A stretch of DNA of 64,000 nt from Ophelia neglecta (lineage: Eukaryota). Made by a program: the position numbers and the translations under genes. The stretch is from positions 30,318,001-30,382,000 of the forward strand of contig OZ260663.1 in the NCBI GenBank assembly GCA_965285935.1, in the 5' to 3' direction. Under the pieces are notes generated by a model that saw nothing but the letters and a program-made list of their open reading frames with translations, was not told where the DNA came from and did not search any database. Each line of letters starts with the position of its first letter. The stretch's first letter is position 1. This document shows, one piece after another, positions 26,010 through 39,659 of this stretch.

Positions 26010-26870
26010 TTATGGTAAAGGACAGTGTCCGGACAGTGTCTATGGCGGACCCTATGGCCATTGGGGAATAATTGTCAATGAAACGTTGCCAGACAGCAGT
26101 ATCTATCAAGCTTACTCGCAAAAGGTAGTAACAATGAGAGATAATTTTGCAGGCGATAGTGTCTCAGTATGATACTCGGATAAACAGGCAATATATATCC
26201 AGGCTACTCTCGCAAAGGGATGTATCTATCAAGGACAATATAACAAACCCGGGCACCAGACAGCTGATGATATCTGCCAGACATACCAAAATCGATTATC
26301 CGAAAATTTGAATGAAATCAGTCCCAAGTAACCTGGGGCCATCAAGCAAATGCGCACATAATTTCAAACGTTAGTTTTGGACAAGGATATTATGGAAAGG
26401 GGCAGTGTCTATGTATTTAACTAGGTATTTGGCAGTAATTTTCAAAGATACTGCGGCAAAAGACACTATTTACCAAAGATACTGTTATTAGCAAATGGTT
26501 AAAACTATCAAGGATGCTTCGGCAAATGGCGGTAACTATCAACGCTACTGTGCAAAATGACAGTAACTATTTATGCCATTCTGACCAATGACAGTCAATG
26601 TCAAGGCTACTCTAACAAATGACAGCATTTTTCGGGCTATGCTGGCAAGAAAGTGTTTTTCCAATATACATTGACAAATGACAGTAACTTTTCAAGTATA
26701 TTATGGTGAATGACAGTTACTGATTAGGGTATCCTGGCAATTGACAGTAATTTTCTATTATGCTCTGGTAATCTGTCAATTTTCAGAAGACTGCTTAATG
26801 GCAGTTGCTTTCCTGATACTATGGCAAATAAAAGGAACGTTCTAAGATAATCAGGCAAATGACAGTTACC
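26010..26870 (+). repeat. Degenerate ~31-bp minisatellite
   Basis: Consensus about GGCAAATGACAGTAACTATCAAGGATACTCT; consecutive 29-32-bp units are clear at 26490-26770 and more decayed upstream. Confidence 0.8.
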
Positions 26871-28356
26871 ATCTACATAGAGCCGTCTAGTGGTGGCATT
26901 CACTGAATTATCGGTCTTTTATCGGCCCTCGTTTGACAGTTGTGTTGCACGATATGATAGTAATGCATTTAATATGATCTCATTGTTAGAGTGTTTAATT
27001 AAGCTTTTCTGTTTTTCTGCTCACATAAGTTTTATATTTTTGTTGGTTGATACTGCCTTATCAGGCTTATCCAACATATTTTATGATATTATGGATGAAT
27101 GGTACTCTTTGAAGACATTTACAATACAGTTTTCTTTTTCATCACCAATGATTTATTGTGGAATTAATTCGTCCCTATTTACTCTTTGTAGAGTTAAATC
27201 TATTTTCAGTTCTTACTTTGTGCCTGACAATTCTCAAATTCTAATGTTGCAGCTAGCAAAAAACTAAGAATGATTTCTAGATAGTTTTATTTTTTTAGTT
27301 TTAAACAAGAAAGGAGTGGATACAGGGCAAAAAAATAAGATCTAATCAAGAACTGTCGACAATATCATCACAAAAAAGCAGCCGCAGCCCTAGCCCCACA
27401 AACAACTTTTTCCAGTTCCGAAAGTACCATGCGCGGCTGAGCCCATTATCCACACTGCTTTATTTGATTACAAAGCTATTTATATTTGTGGAATCGGGAA
27501 TTGGTGTCACTTGGTCTTCCGATTGATGGCTCCTGGGAAACTTGGATCGAATTAACATATTATTTTCGATTACATACTTTGGCTTGCTTTACAGATGCAG
27601 TCCAGTTTTCCCCCTCAGGTTTTCCTTATGACAGCTCAGCTTATGTTTTAATATTTAAGTTTGGGATAACTTTGGATACAATATGAATTTTAGGACAAAA
27701 ATGTTTCTATTCGGTTTTCACCTGGAATCACTCACAAAAGAGAAAGTGATTAATTATGTCTTTAACAGTCATATACGGCGTCAATACATGTATCAATGAA
27801 TGGAAGCCCAATTGTAATCATCACGCCTTGTCTGCTTTGTCCCGTGGTGCCTTCCATAGTGACTACACTCATTCATTTAACATTAATAATTCACAGTCGT
27901 CGGCCATGGCAAAAATATGTGCACTTCGTGTGACAGAGAAACGTCCCAATGTGTCAACGGACCACGTGATAAAAGGCTTGTTATCAAAAGAAATAACTTC
28001 ATTGGAGTCATTGGAGTCCATGCCGCCCTGCTACAAATTAAAGGCAGTGTAAAAAAGGATCCTGCGGCCATTGGAAAGAGCAAAACAATACCTGAGGAGG
28101 CGTCAATTAACGGCTGGATTACCTTAGGAACTACGTTTTGGGCGGATAGTTTCGTAAAAAATCTCCGAAGTGTAATAATGCTTTACCATTACTTAAAATG
28201 CAACGAAGTATTTAGTAAAGGCCCGAATGCACTCAAACACAGGGTAGTTTGCTTTTTAGCTGACCTTCTGTTGATTTGGGTTTCTTCTTATTTCAGGCCC
28301 CCGGGAATACATTTACTGATCTGCTGACACGGCCAGGTATTTATGATTGAATCCTG

Positions 28357-28822
28357 ATGAGTTTTCTGAAGAAACTGCTAAAGAAGGAGGACGAGCGTCG
28401 TCAACGGGCTGACAACGGGGGTCATAACTTGGTAGGTGATGAAGTGTGTCAAAGACAGTCCAGCCCTCTGGCTGTGGAAAAATGCCCAGGGACAGATGAT
28501 CAGGCCTGTAGAGGGTCCAAAAAGCACAGCCCATCTCCTACCCATCACCAAAGGAGTTACAGCTCCAACTCACATCACACCCACCGTAATCACTCCTGCT
28601 CGCCGCGAAAAAGCCCCGACTCCCCTCGCCGACGTAGCGCAGGATCCCAGGGAAGTCCAATCCGACGGCCAAGATCAGCAAGCGTCAACTGCCGCTCTTC
28701 GAATACCAAAATTCCATCTCCCTCCAAATCTCCACGGAGTGCTAACGTCACCACAACTACGGTCGAGATCAAAACCCCGACCAGCAGACACTGCGCTCAA
28801 GTCCTTCCTGGTCTACTGCTGG
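28357..28822 (+). CDS. DUSP19: DUSP19-like phosphatase, coding exon 1 (S/P/R-rich N-terminus)
   Basis: ATG 28357 MSFLKKLL...AQVLPGLLL G|GTGAGT donor (phase 1); joins exon 2 to give LLLGSQEIAQDL. Confidence 0.75.
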
Positions 28823-28961
28823 GTGAGTTGCAGTCTATGTACACTTGCTGTATTATATGTTATTCATCTCTAGAACATAATCAGTCTCGAGGCACTATAT
28901 ATCTTACCGCAATATGAAACAGAACCTAAGCCCAAAAACATAGTCTTGCTTATTATTTCAG

Positions 28962-29362
28962 GTTCTCAAGAAATTGCTCAAGATCTGCATTGGTTGGAGC
29001 GACATCATGTGACCCACATACTCAACATCACAACAGAAGTAGAGAACAGTTTCACCGACAAATTCTATTACAAGAGGATTTCAATCACGGACATGCCCAA
29101 CACTCCCATCACGGTGCATTTTGAGAACGCATTCGATTATATAGAGAACAGTCGGTCCAAAGGCGGATGTGTACTAGTACATTGTTTTTACGGAGCGTCG
29201 CGCAGTGCCTCTATTGTCATGGCCTATCTCATGCGCAAGGAACGCATGCGATACGACGAGGCTCTGAAATACCTGCAGATTTTACGGCCAGGGGTACACC
29301 CCAATGATGGTTTTCATAAGCAACTTAAACTTTACGAGGCCGAGTTGAATCTGATCGGGTAG
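28962..29362 (+). CDS. DUSP19: DUSP19-like phosphatase, exon 2 (catalytic domain); 288 aa in total
   Basis: Acceptor tattatttcAG; GSQEIAQDLHWLERHHVTHILN, general-acid Asp in ITDMP, P-loop VHCFYGASRS, AYLM, RP..HPNDGF..QL. Resembles DUSP19 (LLLGSQDAAHDL..LKK.KVTHILN). Confidence 0.88.
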
Positions 29363-31449
29363 CTAACCATTTTGGCAATGTCACAAAGGCATCCGTGTGT
29401 TCTCTATACTTAAATTATTCCGAGGCAACACTGGCCAACGAACATTTTCCCCAATATAGTCGGGTTCTGCTCCTTTTTCCTCTGCGTCTTTACAATTCTA
29501 TTATCAATGGACTATCGTAAACTTTAATGCATAGTTGGATGGGCAACTATTTGGAACTAACTCTTTCCTGTTTACTATCTAAGTTTGAACTATTTTCTAT
29601 AGAAAGGTCTAGGCAGAATGCCTCTGTTTGAATTCCAAAGGATGACACACCTTTATGAACAGAGGCATGGTACCAAATTGAAATTGTTTTGAAATGAATA
29701 CTTATTTCTTTAAATTAATTTGAATTAAGAGCCTAAAATTCGATAGCACTTTTGAATTATGACTGCATGGCAATGTATACTCTACCCAAACCACAGCCTA
29801 CCTATCGCTTAATTAATGCACCCCACACTTCTTGCTATACATGAAGTGCATATAATGAGTTATATAAGGTAAACACGTGAAAAGTCATTACTTTGCGGTG
29901 CAAAACCCATAATATGCCTTTGTGAGAGCAGCTAAATTGACCGATATGCTATCCTATTGGTATCTGTTTTACAAGCGATTATGTGATGGATATAATTTAA
30001 AGATTTATTTTTTTGGTTTTGACGTGGAATTTCAAATATCTTTTTGCACAATGATGTCGCCTTATTTTTTTGGAACCTCACTTTTACAGCAGACCTATTT
30101 TCTATTCAATATTGATTCACAACTCCATTATGCTTGCGATACCTCACTTAATTGAGTGCCTCACCGCGATCGTGCTAGTTCCATCCAGTCTGCTTTTATA
30201 CATCAGATGATATAATATATATATATATATACATTTGTCTACATATATACATATTTAAATGTGCTGCTCATAAATATAAATAGATATAACTGTCTTGAGA
30301 ACTCTTGCTTTTTACACTACACCGGTCTGTAGCGAAACATGATTGCAAATGCATATTTTATAACTGTCAGTAAACGTGTAAACGTCACCACTAATGCGCG
30401 GCTGTGTTGCTGCTGAGGATAATAAATAGATGACGTCATTTTAAGCCGCAGAGGTCACGTTATTATAAATTAACCTCACACTTGTGCTTTCGCCTTTTTA
30501 CCCAATTATGTTATACTCAGCCGTATTCAGGGCAGTTTATTGGCATTACACGAATGTTTATTGATAATCTTTTCCGTCTTTTTTCCCACCATTCTACTCT
30601 GTACTGGAGATTTATTGTTGTTATCATAATCTCTTAATAAAATGTTCATTTTATGCAATAAACCACAGTCTTGATTTTGTTTTAGGCAGCTGTATGATAC
30701 TTTTTGCAATATGGATGCTGCCCACTGTACATTTATTTCCTACTATATCTTTGTATGTATTTAATAAACTGAGGCAGGATATATTTTCTCATTATAGGCT
30801 GGGACATATAGGCCTTTTTAAACCTACAGCGGAAATCCAAGCGACAATTTCAATTTTTTTGGGTATTTTGAATTTCCAATGTATTGGTATTTATCAGATC
30901 TTTGAAAACGAATCTATTATATTATAAAACCAAGTCTTTTATCACCGCATTTGCATTGGCTTTACTAGATGTCAGTAGTACACTACGAGCGTGCATGCCA
31001 TCCCGTAAAAAGCACTAAATCAATGTTTGCAGAGGTTGATATATAAAATATAAAGACAGGACGAGTGATGGTCCAAGTTCAAATCACCATAATAGATCAA
31101 AAATTATAAATGCAGCCTAGTTGAAGACAATAACGTCTTTAACATTTAACTGAAATCAAGGTTATTTTCCACAAACATTGATATCCATCAACTGGTCTGC
31201 GGGTACTTAAATTCGAGTGCCCAATGCTTGAATTGAAAAATTAAACTGGATTGTTGCAAATGTGTAAGAACAAGTGGAATACTTCTGCAATGAGTTCCTA
31301 AATCAGTGTAAAACAAAGGTCAGCGGCCATGAAGGGGAATAGAGAGCAGTAGATGACTTCCCCCAGGCGCCCGCAGATATTGGAGCGACACAAAATCCAT
31401 CCTCTTTTCCATTTGGTTTAATACACGGCCAAGTTGATATTACAACCGC

Positions 31450-32950
31450 GCAAAAAAGGCATTTGTTTACAAGGCGTTGTCGCTGCGGGCACAATAAGCC
31501 GGCGGATTAGCCAGCAACGGGATAAGGTCCGTTTACAATTTGCTCCTGTCTATCTTCAAACAGACAAGATTGGCAGGGCAATTATCTGTTGGGCCGTTGA
31601 GTATTCGTGCAGACATCGGCAGCAAAAAAGGGCATTGAGTTTCTCCGCAGCCATTTGAATGGTATGATCACTTTAGAACGAGTTTCCTCAGCTCATCTCC
31701 GAATGGAGATAAATATAATTATTAGCTTAGTTTTTGGACACAGTGTTATTATATGTATCTGAATATTATCAAGCCTTTTTCACTGCAAGCTCCATTTCAA
31801 ACAGAACATGGGGATGTATTTTGGTATTCCTCAAAATATATTATTAAAACAACCACCTCCCAACGGGTGGTTTCAAGGATGGTCCAACATCCGTTGAATT
31901 CTAGGCATTGCCTTTTTTGTACTCTGGCATTTTGTCTATGCGACCGGAGCAACCCTGGTTTTCGAATGAAATATTACACTAAAAGTTGCAAAGTACCATA
32001 TGAGACAGCAAGCTGGGTAGAACAGGGTGTGCTCTTTATGACAAACATTGCAAACATACTAAGATTACCAATGAAGCATTTGAAAACTAGGTTCATGGAT
32101 GTAGGGTCAAATGCCGAAGCAATTCAATCTGTCATAAACACAATGTTTTACGAAAAGCAACCATGTCCTCCTCGAGAAAGAGTCTTTCAAGCAAAACCTT
32201 GATCAAATCCGGCATACATTTGCAACATTCATCGTTGATCAATCATACTAAACATCGACAGCAAAGCTGCTTCGACACTTTGGACACAATGGGAAGAGCA
32301 TCGGTATATACATATATATATTTATATATATATACGACAGCAGTCGTGATACATTTCTTAAAAGACAAAGATACATCCAAAATACAAGAAAATAACAGTG
32401 ATCCTTTAATAAACGAATTACCACCAACATCCGAGAGATGAGGTCAGACAGGCCATGATCAAACATAGGTCCGAGTTGACCTTAGCACCACAATTTGTAC
32501 ATTTGACCTTCACATACTGCTCGACAGAATGAGGCCATGGTTAATCAGCAAGGGGTTGTTCTGGGATGATGAACTTTTTGACGTCAGTCAGCTCGTTCGG
32601 ATTGGATCTGTTTAATAATTACGGACTTTACCTCGCCCATATTTTTATTTATCCATCTGGTGCCACATAAATTCCAATCTTACGCCGACCTACCATAATA
32701 ATAGAGGGAAACTTCATCGAATAGAACCCCCTTTACCGATCTTAATGTTAATTCATAACCTAAAGGCACCAGCGGAGCTGTCATCGACATCTTTTGATTA
32801 ATTACCTGCTTTATGTTTGCCATGCCCTTTTCTAGAGACATTCGAGTCAGTTCAGTTTTCCATTGAAATCCAATATGTTTTGTCAGTTGAAGACTGATGG
32901 ATTTCCCTTTTGTCACCCGACGCATAAGGTTGGAATCGTTCCGATAGATG
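31450..32950 (-). mobile_element. Probable highly decayed Ty3/Gypsy pol relic (RNase H and integrase)
   Basis: Minus strand, frameshifted: LQLTKHIGFQW..E and D.S...LGYEL (ORF 32680-32925), then KCQSTK...PWEVV (~31930-31850), then YH.SNG..AEKLN (~31665-31630). Confidence 0.4.
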
Positions 32951-35854
32951 ATTTACTCAATTGTCATGTGATTGGCCTGTTATCCAAATGGAAACAAAAC
33001 CTTGGTAAATGATGAGTTGAAATAATAGGCAGTCCTAAAAAAAGACAGTCGAGTGTCTTTCGCTGGCATATTGAGTCAGACATTTTTATGACTCTATGCT
33101 GATAGAATTCAATGCATACTCATACTGCAAAAGCCACGACACATGGCCTGACAGGTGTATACTGTAAGAACCCTCCCTCTGGCATGGCAAAGCATTTTAA
33201 GTTATGGGTACCTTTCTCCTGAAAGGGGTAAGGCAATGTACAAACTAGGCACCCTTCTTCTGACAAAGGCAAAGTAATGTAAGATTTAAGTAAGTAGGTA
33301 CCCCCTTTTATCCCGCGTCCTCGGGAACATGCAATTGAAGCATAAACCCTCGGGGTTCGAAATCCCCATGATCCCCTAAAAGACGGGCACTATTTGCTAT
33401 TATTTACATCGTCATTGTTTCTACGTTTGGATATATGTTGTTGAAATGTCCATTCATTGAACTGGTCCTCGTTGTTGTGATATTACCTCCTCTACCTTCC
33501 CGACATTCATTTGGTATGCTGCAAATGAGCAATAACGATAGGTTTCAATTCTATAAAAAGTGCCCAGGAGATCTTTATATACCACTCAAATAAAGAGGAA
33601 AAGTCCCTAAATTCCCAACTGACGATTTCTTCCTAGCAGCACATTGAAGACAAGGGATATCAATCAGCTTTCTAAATTGCAAGGAGCGCATATTTTTTTC
33701 GACAACCAAGGCCAACCCCCTTTTGTCAAGCACCGTTTCTGGCCCAGCAGACGGTCATTAAGGCGCCTTTTAGGCGCCAGTTGTCTCCCTAGCCATCTTT
33801 TACACTTAGCCATTCTGCACGGAGTGCAAAAGGAATTTATAAAAGGTCTGGCCTGAGCATGCTATGTCGTTTTATAGTTGTCCCTCCTTGTTTATGAGAA
33901 AAATATAACGGGGAAAATGAGGCAGCCTTTTCAACCCATTTCTTATTAACATTTTTTTCAATGCTTGATTTAGTGAAAGGAATCAGTTTATACGTTTCAT
34001 TAAAAAAGTTTGTTCCTGGACCGATCAGTCATATGACCAGTCCTTGTGGTTAATAAAAAAGGAACCATTGATTTTCATGTGTCGATGTAGATGGAAATAC
34101 AACATGAAATATACCAAGCTCCCATATTTATATATACTTGTTTGGATATAACGAATATAGTATCAATTTTGAACTTGATAAAGGCAGACTTTCTTACATT
34201 AAAAACATTACTGCCCTCTGCAATAAAACTAGATATTGTATTAAAATGACTGACGAATAAATTATAAAAGCCTACAATTGAGTACATATTCGGAAATATA
34301 TTGTCAGTTCTGAAAAGTAACTAAATAAACTCACCACTAAATAGTGCATTTCTTTCATTGATAGACATAAACCTAATTCACTTCGACAGCAATTGCTGTT
34401 TCAAGCAGATTCAGCAATCTCTGGAATGTGAGTGTATTTATAAGTGATATATTTTACCGTTTTTTCATATCACAAAATATCAACTGGAAAATTGTGCAGC
34501 ATACTGTTTAAGCCTGTAACACCAATATCCTGGTTGAGTGACAGCCATTTGTTTGACATAGTCAGTGGTAACATTAGGGATACAATTCCCCTGATTTGCA
34601 GCACTTGGGAGAATTTGATTCGACTGGTGCCATGGCCAAATTGAATGGGAATGTACAATTATCCGCCAGACGTTCCAGCCAGGGATTAGGCAGCCTGAGG
34701 CCCCCTGGCACCCGCCTCTCTCACTCCAGACATGGCGCAACAAGTAGAGGAAAAATGAGAATTTATCTATAAAAGGCATCGCGTTTCGGCGTCGGTGCCA
34801 CTCGACCATTCAAATGTGCTATTTCGCTTTTATTTTCAATACATGAACTGGTGTTGCGTCATTCTGTTTCAGAATGACACTATAATATATCAATAAATTC
34901 CTATTGGCTTGATCCTAGTATTGGGGATTATCAGTAGATAATAAATATGACCTTAGCTTTGCTTGTAGGTTGATATTTCACAATTATGAACTATGACCGT
35001 TGATATATGGGTCCAGATTTTAATGCCTTTAATTTTCAACGTACTCACTCTGCATACTAGATAACTCTTGAAATGACATGTGAAGTCGTTTTGCCTATCT
35101 GGTGGCATGACCATGAACCTGTGCATTAAAAATGTACATCTGATTAAACAAATCAGAGAGCATTTAACACATAAATTTATACATAAATATTGCAACTTTA
35201 TACATATAAGTACCTGTAATGTTCAAGATTTGGCATGAATCATTAAATCTGAAAATTCCTACTCGCCTTAATTCTAACGGGCAGAGGTTAAAATCAAGGG
35301 CGATATGGGATAGTTTGAAATATGTCCATCGTCTTTATAAATCTTCGCCCACATTTCGGTACTCAAAATAACTGTTCGAAAAGCAGAGGGTCAATAAAGT
35401 ATATAAAAAATTATTCCGCAGTACAAATGCCAAATTTAAAGCTTTATACTATCCATCCACCTGCTAAAATAGGTGCTTTTATAAAATTTAAGGGTGCGTA
35501 TATTTTTCCCTAGTTGAATATAGGAATCATACTGACACAAAGCCCCCTTTGACTTTATATTCAATAGACGTTGCCGACTAGGAAATACGCAATGTTGATT
35601 GGAGAATTTGAGCAAAGAATACTGAGATTCTACTAAAATATGCGTCTGAGGCTAATGTTCCCCAAACATTCAACGAACCAACATCAGATAAAATACCCAA
35701 TATTAATCACATAACGTCGATTACGTCTTAATTCACACGGTCGACCGCTGTCTTTATTGATTCCCAAATTGTGTTTACGATATTGTTAGATGATGGTTTG
35801 ATTGCGATCTTATGCAGTTTTTTTTATTTGATATGTCTGTTGCTATCGCACAGT

Positions 35855-35894
<40 letters not shown>

Positions 35895-35906
35895 CATATG
35901 TATATG
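35855..35906. repeat. (TATGTA)n microsatellite
   Basis: About 8.5 near-perfect hexamer copies. Confidence 0.9.
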
Positions 35907-37612
35907 AGGCACATTGAGGATATGTCGTGCACTAAACTATTAAGCCACACTGATCAGCTCATAGATGATGCTGCGTCTTGGATGTCGCCGGATTGTACTA
36001 AGATTATTGGAAATTCCGGAAAGAAATGTTGAGGGAAAATGTGATAAACAAGGTAATCTATCCAGGTCAGACCTGACGTCAAAACAGGCTCCTTGAAGAA
36101 GCATTTCCTTTACAAAATCACTATATATCTTCAGTTTCTAGAGCAAAAACAAGGTCACATTGTCTATGCAACAACGTGATGGACTGGCCGGGTATAAAAG
36201 AGAACAAATTTTCCTAGCGAATATGGTGTTTCCGGCAAAACATTACAGTAATGCTAAAATGGGCGGTCTTCTGTGTAGAAATGAATTAAGATTGCCAAAT
36301 CGATAATGCACTATAAAACACATGTGTAACTCATAGGTAGAGAATGTAATCTGGCTTGACCTGTTCTCACCTAGACGAACACCTGTGTGACTCTTTTAGA
36401 TTACGCATATTATTAATCGCTTGTAACAATCATCAGGTAAACATGTAAAAGTCTAATAAGGTGATTTTAATTTAAAGACTTTTATCTCGGTCTAACAACA
36501 TTTTACTTTTTTTTAATAGCATAACCAAATTTCATGGTATCACCTTCATCCTGGGGCTTTTTCACTTTCCTTAAAATTAGCGTGGATTCGGTCTTCAACT
36601 TCCCTTTGCAAGTGATGTTATCTATAGAACTGGGTTTTATTGCTGGATCCATTTGATCAGCCTGGTGAACTTGGAACAATTTGCATCTTCTCTTATTCAT
36701 TTTCCCTGCCGAGTATCTTTTCTTAATTTTTCTCCAATACATGGTGAGCCTGCAATTATGCTGTTCCGGACATGACAAGGCGCATCCTGGGGTCCTGCAA
36801 TTGAGAATTTCGGCTCTAGAGTCCTTCGCATGTGGCTTATAGTATATGAAAGTGATCGAGTGGCTGATTTCCTGTTTTCAGAGGTCGGTATTGGTAGCAG
36901 ACTTTCAGAGTGGGCCGCTGCAGTCTGAGCTTAGGTACCCGGTCCAAGCAGTCATCCGGCTCAAGCTATCGATTATATACTGTTAAAAACGGTTGAAACT
37001 GAGTGTGTGATCTGTCTAGCTGGTTGATTGCTGGAGCACAAACAAACTGAGGGATATATAATGAGCAGGAATTAGCTACAAGAGGAAGGACGAGGATGAA
37101 AACAAAACATTACTGACAGGACTTTAGGGCATGGTTATTTTACACAATGCCTAAAGGAGATGGGGAATTTATTGGAAGGTTTAGGTCCGTCGGAAAGTTG
37201 GTTTATGGTAAGCCGACTGCTTTTATATTCATGAACGTTTCTGTGTTATTAAGACTTAAGTTTGTTTTTTAACCAGGAAGGAATTGGGAAAATTCCAGTT
37301 GGTACATTGATCTGGCCGCCCGTCCAATCACTTTTGACCGGCGTGATGGTAGGTACTAAATTTCTCGGCATTCCAATTTTTTTTTACCAAATCATTGCAT
37401 TAGATCACGCAGCGGTGCAGTTTGTCATTAAGTCCCCCTTAGAAGCACCAGATATTGTCTGTGGGCCTGTTTAACTGTGCCAGCATGCCATCTTCATGAT
37501 CGTCGAAAGTCTAATTAGTTCTCAAAGTATTCGTTCCTGCAGTCAATGAAAGTTCTTCAACCTGTCGTTGCCTTCGTTATTATACGACATTCATTTAGTA
37601 ATACTGACAGAG

Positions 37613-37816
37613 TTCCGAGGGGAAGGGTCGGGGATCATTATATTTAGGGCTCGATTGGGCAGGGGCGGGGTTCCCTATATTTAGTGCTCCGAGGATATAG
37701 GGGTGGTGCTCCCTATATATATGTAGCGCCCTGTTGGGAAGGGGCGGATTCCCTTAATTTAGACCTCCAAGGGGTAGGGGTGGGGTTCCTTATATTCAGG
37801 CGTTGGGTATCCCTAA
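37613..37816 (+). repeat. G-rich ~37-bp tandem repeat with alternating A/B units
   Basis: About 5.5 units of [TCCRAGG or TTGGG]..AGGGGYGGGGTTCCCTATATTTAG. Confidence 0.7.
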
Positions 37817-39659
37817 TCGGAGTTGAATTATGCGGTTCTGTTAGTACTAAGTCTCCAAATGCAGCACTGTCGGATTTACTGTTATGGGTTGTTGGCTTAT
37901 ATGAATATACGTTACCCCAGAATAACACTCTTATATCATAATTATGTGATATCTCGTTTAAAAACGAGACCATCTCTGGTATAAACGAGGCAGATAAGGC
38001 ATAATAATCTGGTTGTATACCAGTAATTGTGATAGGCGTGCATATCTGAAATAAATACCATGCCGTGAAAAAAGTCCATGCTGTCACACCAGGGCAGGAA
38101 AGGCTAATATGTATCATACCTATTAACGGTTTCCGTGGTGTTCTCTGATAGGAACGAATCATATAACATAATTTATCAATCTATGATGTAGTTTGATACA
38201 GAGGAGATTATATTGCCGTAAAAGGCTGGGGTGTTCTTACTGCCTCAGAGTGACAAAGCTACATTATTGGACTGTTAGTTTTCATTTATTGCATACTCAT
38301 CTGTTGGTTTGTTGAACACAGCGAAATATTCGGTGTGAGCACACTAAATTTAAGAGGCTCCCAGGCTAGGCTCCTAAATTAATAAACCGAAAATGGAGTA
38401 TTTTTTTCAATTAAAACAAGAACAGACTTATGTTCAGAAATAAGTAAGTATTTTACGAGATAAATAATCATGCCAAACAACAACATATTTGGCATATATT
38501 TTCTCTGAAACATATCAGCTGGAGAGAAAAGTAGTTCCCCTCCATTTTTTGATTGCTATATTACTTATGTTAATTTAGTATATGCATAAGTTTATAAAAT
38601 AGCTTGACACATTATAGGTGAGTACCTTTTTATTTCCTATCTGCAATAATAAAAAGCCGGTTTTTATAGGAGAAAGAACGAGCAAAACAAACAGATTAAG
38701 TGCACGCTTGTCTTGATTTATGACCAGACGGTTATTCAGCGGCCACTTTAGTTCTTACCTCGACATCTTTAGGAACATGCCTTTTTTGGACTAAGACAAC
38801 CTTTGAACTAACGAACAGTATTTAAAATTAAGTTTCAACCGCTTATTCATTTTAGTACTAATTTCCGAAACATAAAGTGTAGTTTGATATCAAGAACTTT
38901 GAAAAATAATATAAGGTGTCTGAAAGGTACTCCGAGCAGTGCTTTGCAAGGCTGTAGTATTGCAAGTCAGGCTTAGATTCCTCTTGCCATCACGCCCATA
39001 AACCACCTGATGAGCGGCGCTCGGTTACATACCCGGCGGACTGCTGATATACTGCAAGGCACCACAGTACACGACATAAACAAAACCACATCGATAACCA
39101 TCCGACTACTAATGAGTCGGTACCAAAGTAATGAATAATCACAATGAAAGCCCATAGCAAACCCCAATATTTATATATATAGAAAGATAAAACAAACATC
39201 CAGATTTAAATGAATAGTTTAAGACACAACAAACATTAATTCCTGGTATAGGAGTGATTATGATGAACTTTGTGTTTAAATATCAATGTCCGTTTCACAG
39301 GCGATTGTGTGATGCTTCGTTATGTTAGTTTTCACTTAATTCCTTCTTGCTAATCTGCTAGTGACTTAACAGCTTTCAACCCATATATGTGTGTATCTCC
39401 AAATGTCATCATGGTCCGCCCTGTGGTTGCTAGTTTACGCACACGTCATTCATGATTTAACGGAGGTCACGTTAGGTTATTTGTATTTTACTTCTCTTTT
39501 GTGCATCCGTCTTTTACCCAATGCTACAATTCCATTATATGCAAATTAATCTAATGTAAATATGTTATTACAGTTTCCTTTTATTGCCATGAAACATAGT
39601 CTTCCATTTTCTTCCTTTTTTGTTCGGAACCTACATAAGATTAATGATTATGATTTATG

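Noticed and set aside
26010-26870. 31-bp periodic array as a CRISPR
   Set aside because: Units are contiguous and degenerate with no unique spacers; eukaryotic context and no cas genes.
38973-39199. Hydrophobic minus-strand ORFs vaguely like a membrane acyltransferase C-terminus (R.PLIRWFMG)
   Set aside because: Needs a frameshift, has no supporting exons, and the similarity is too short to support.
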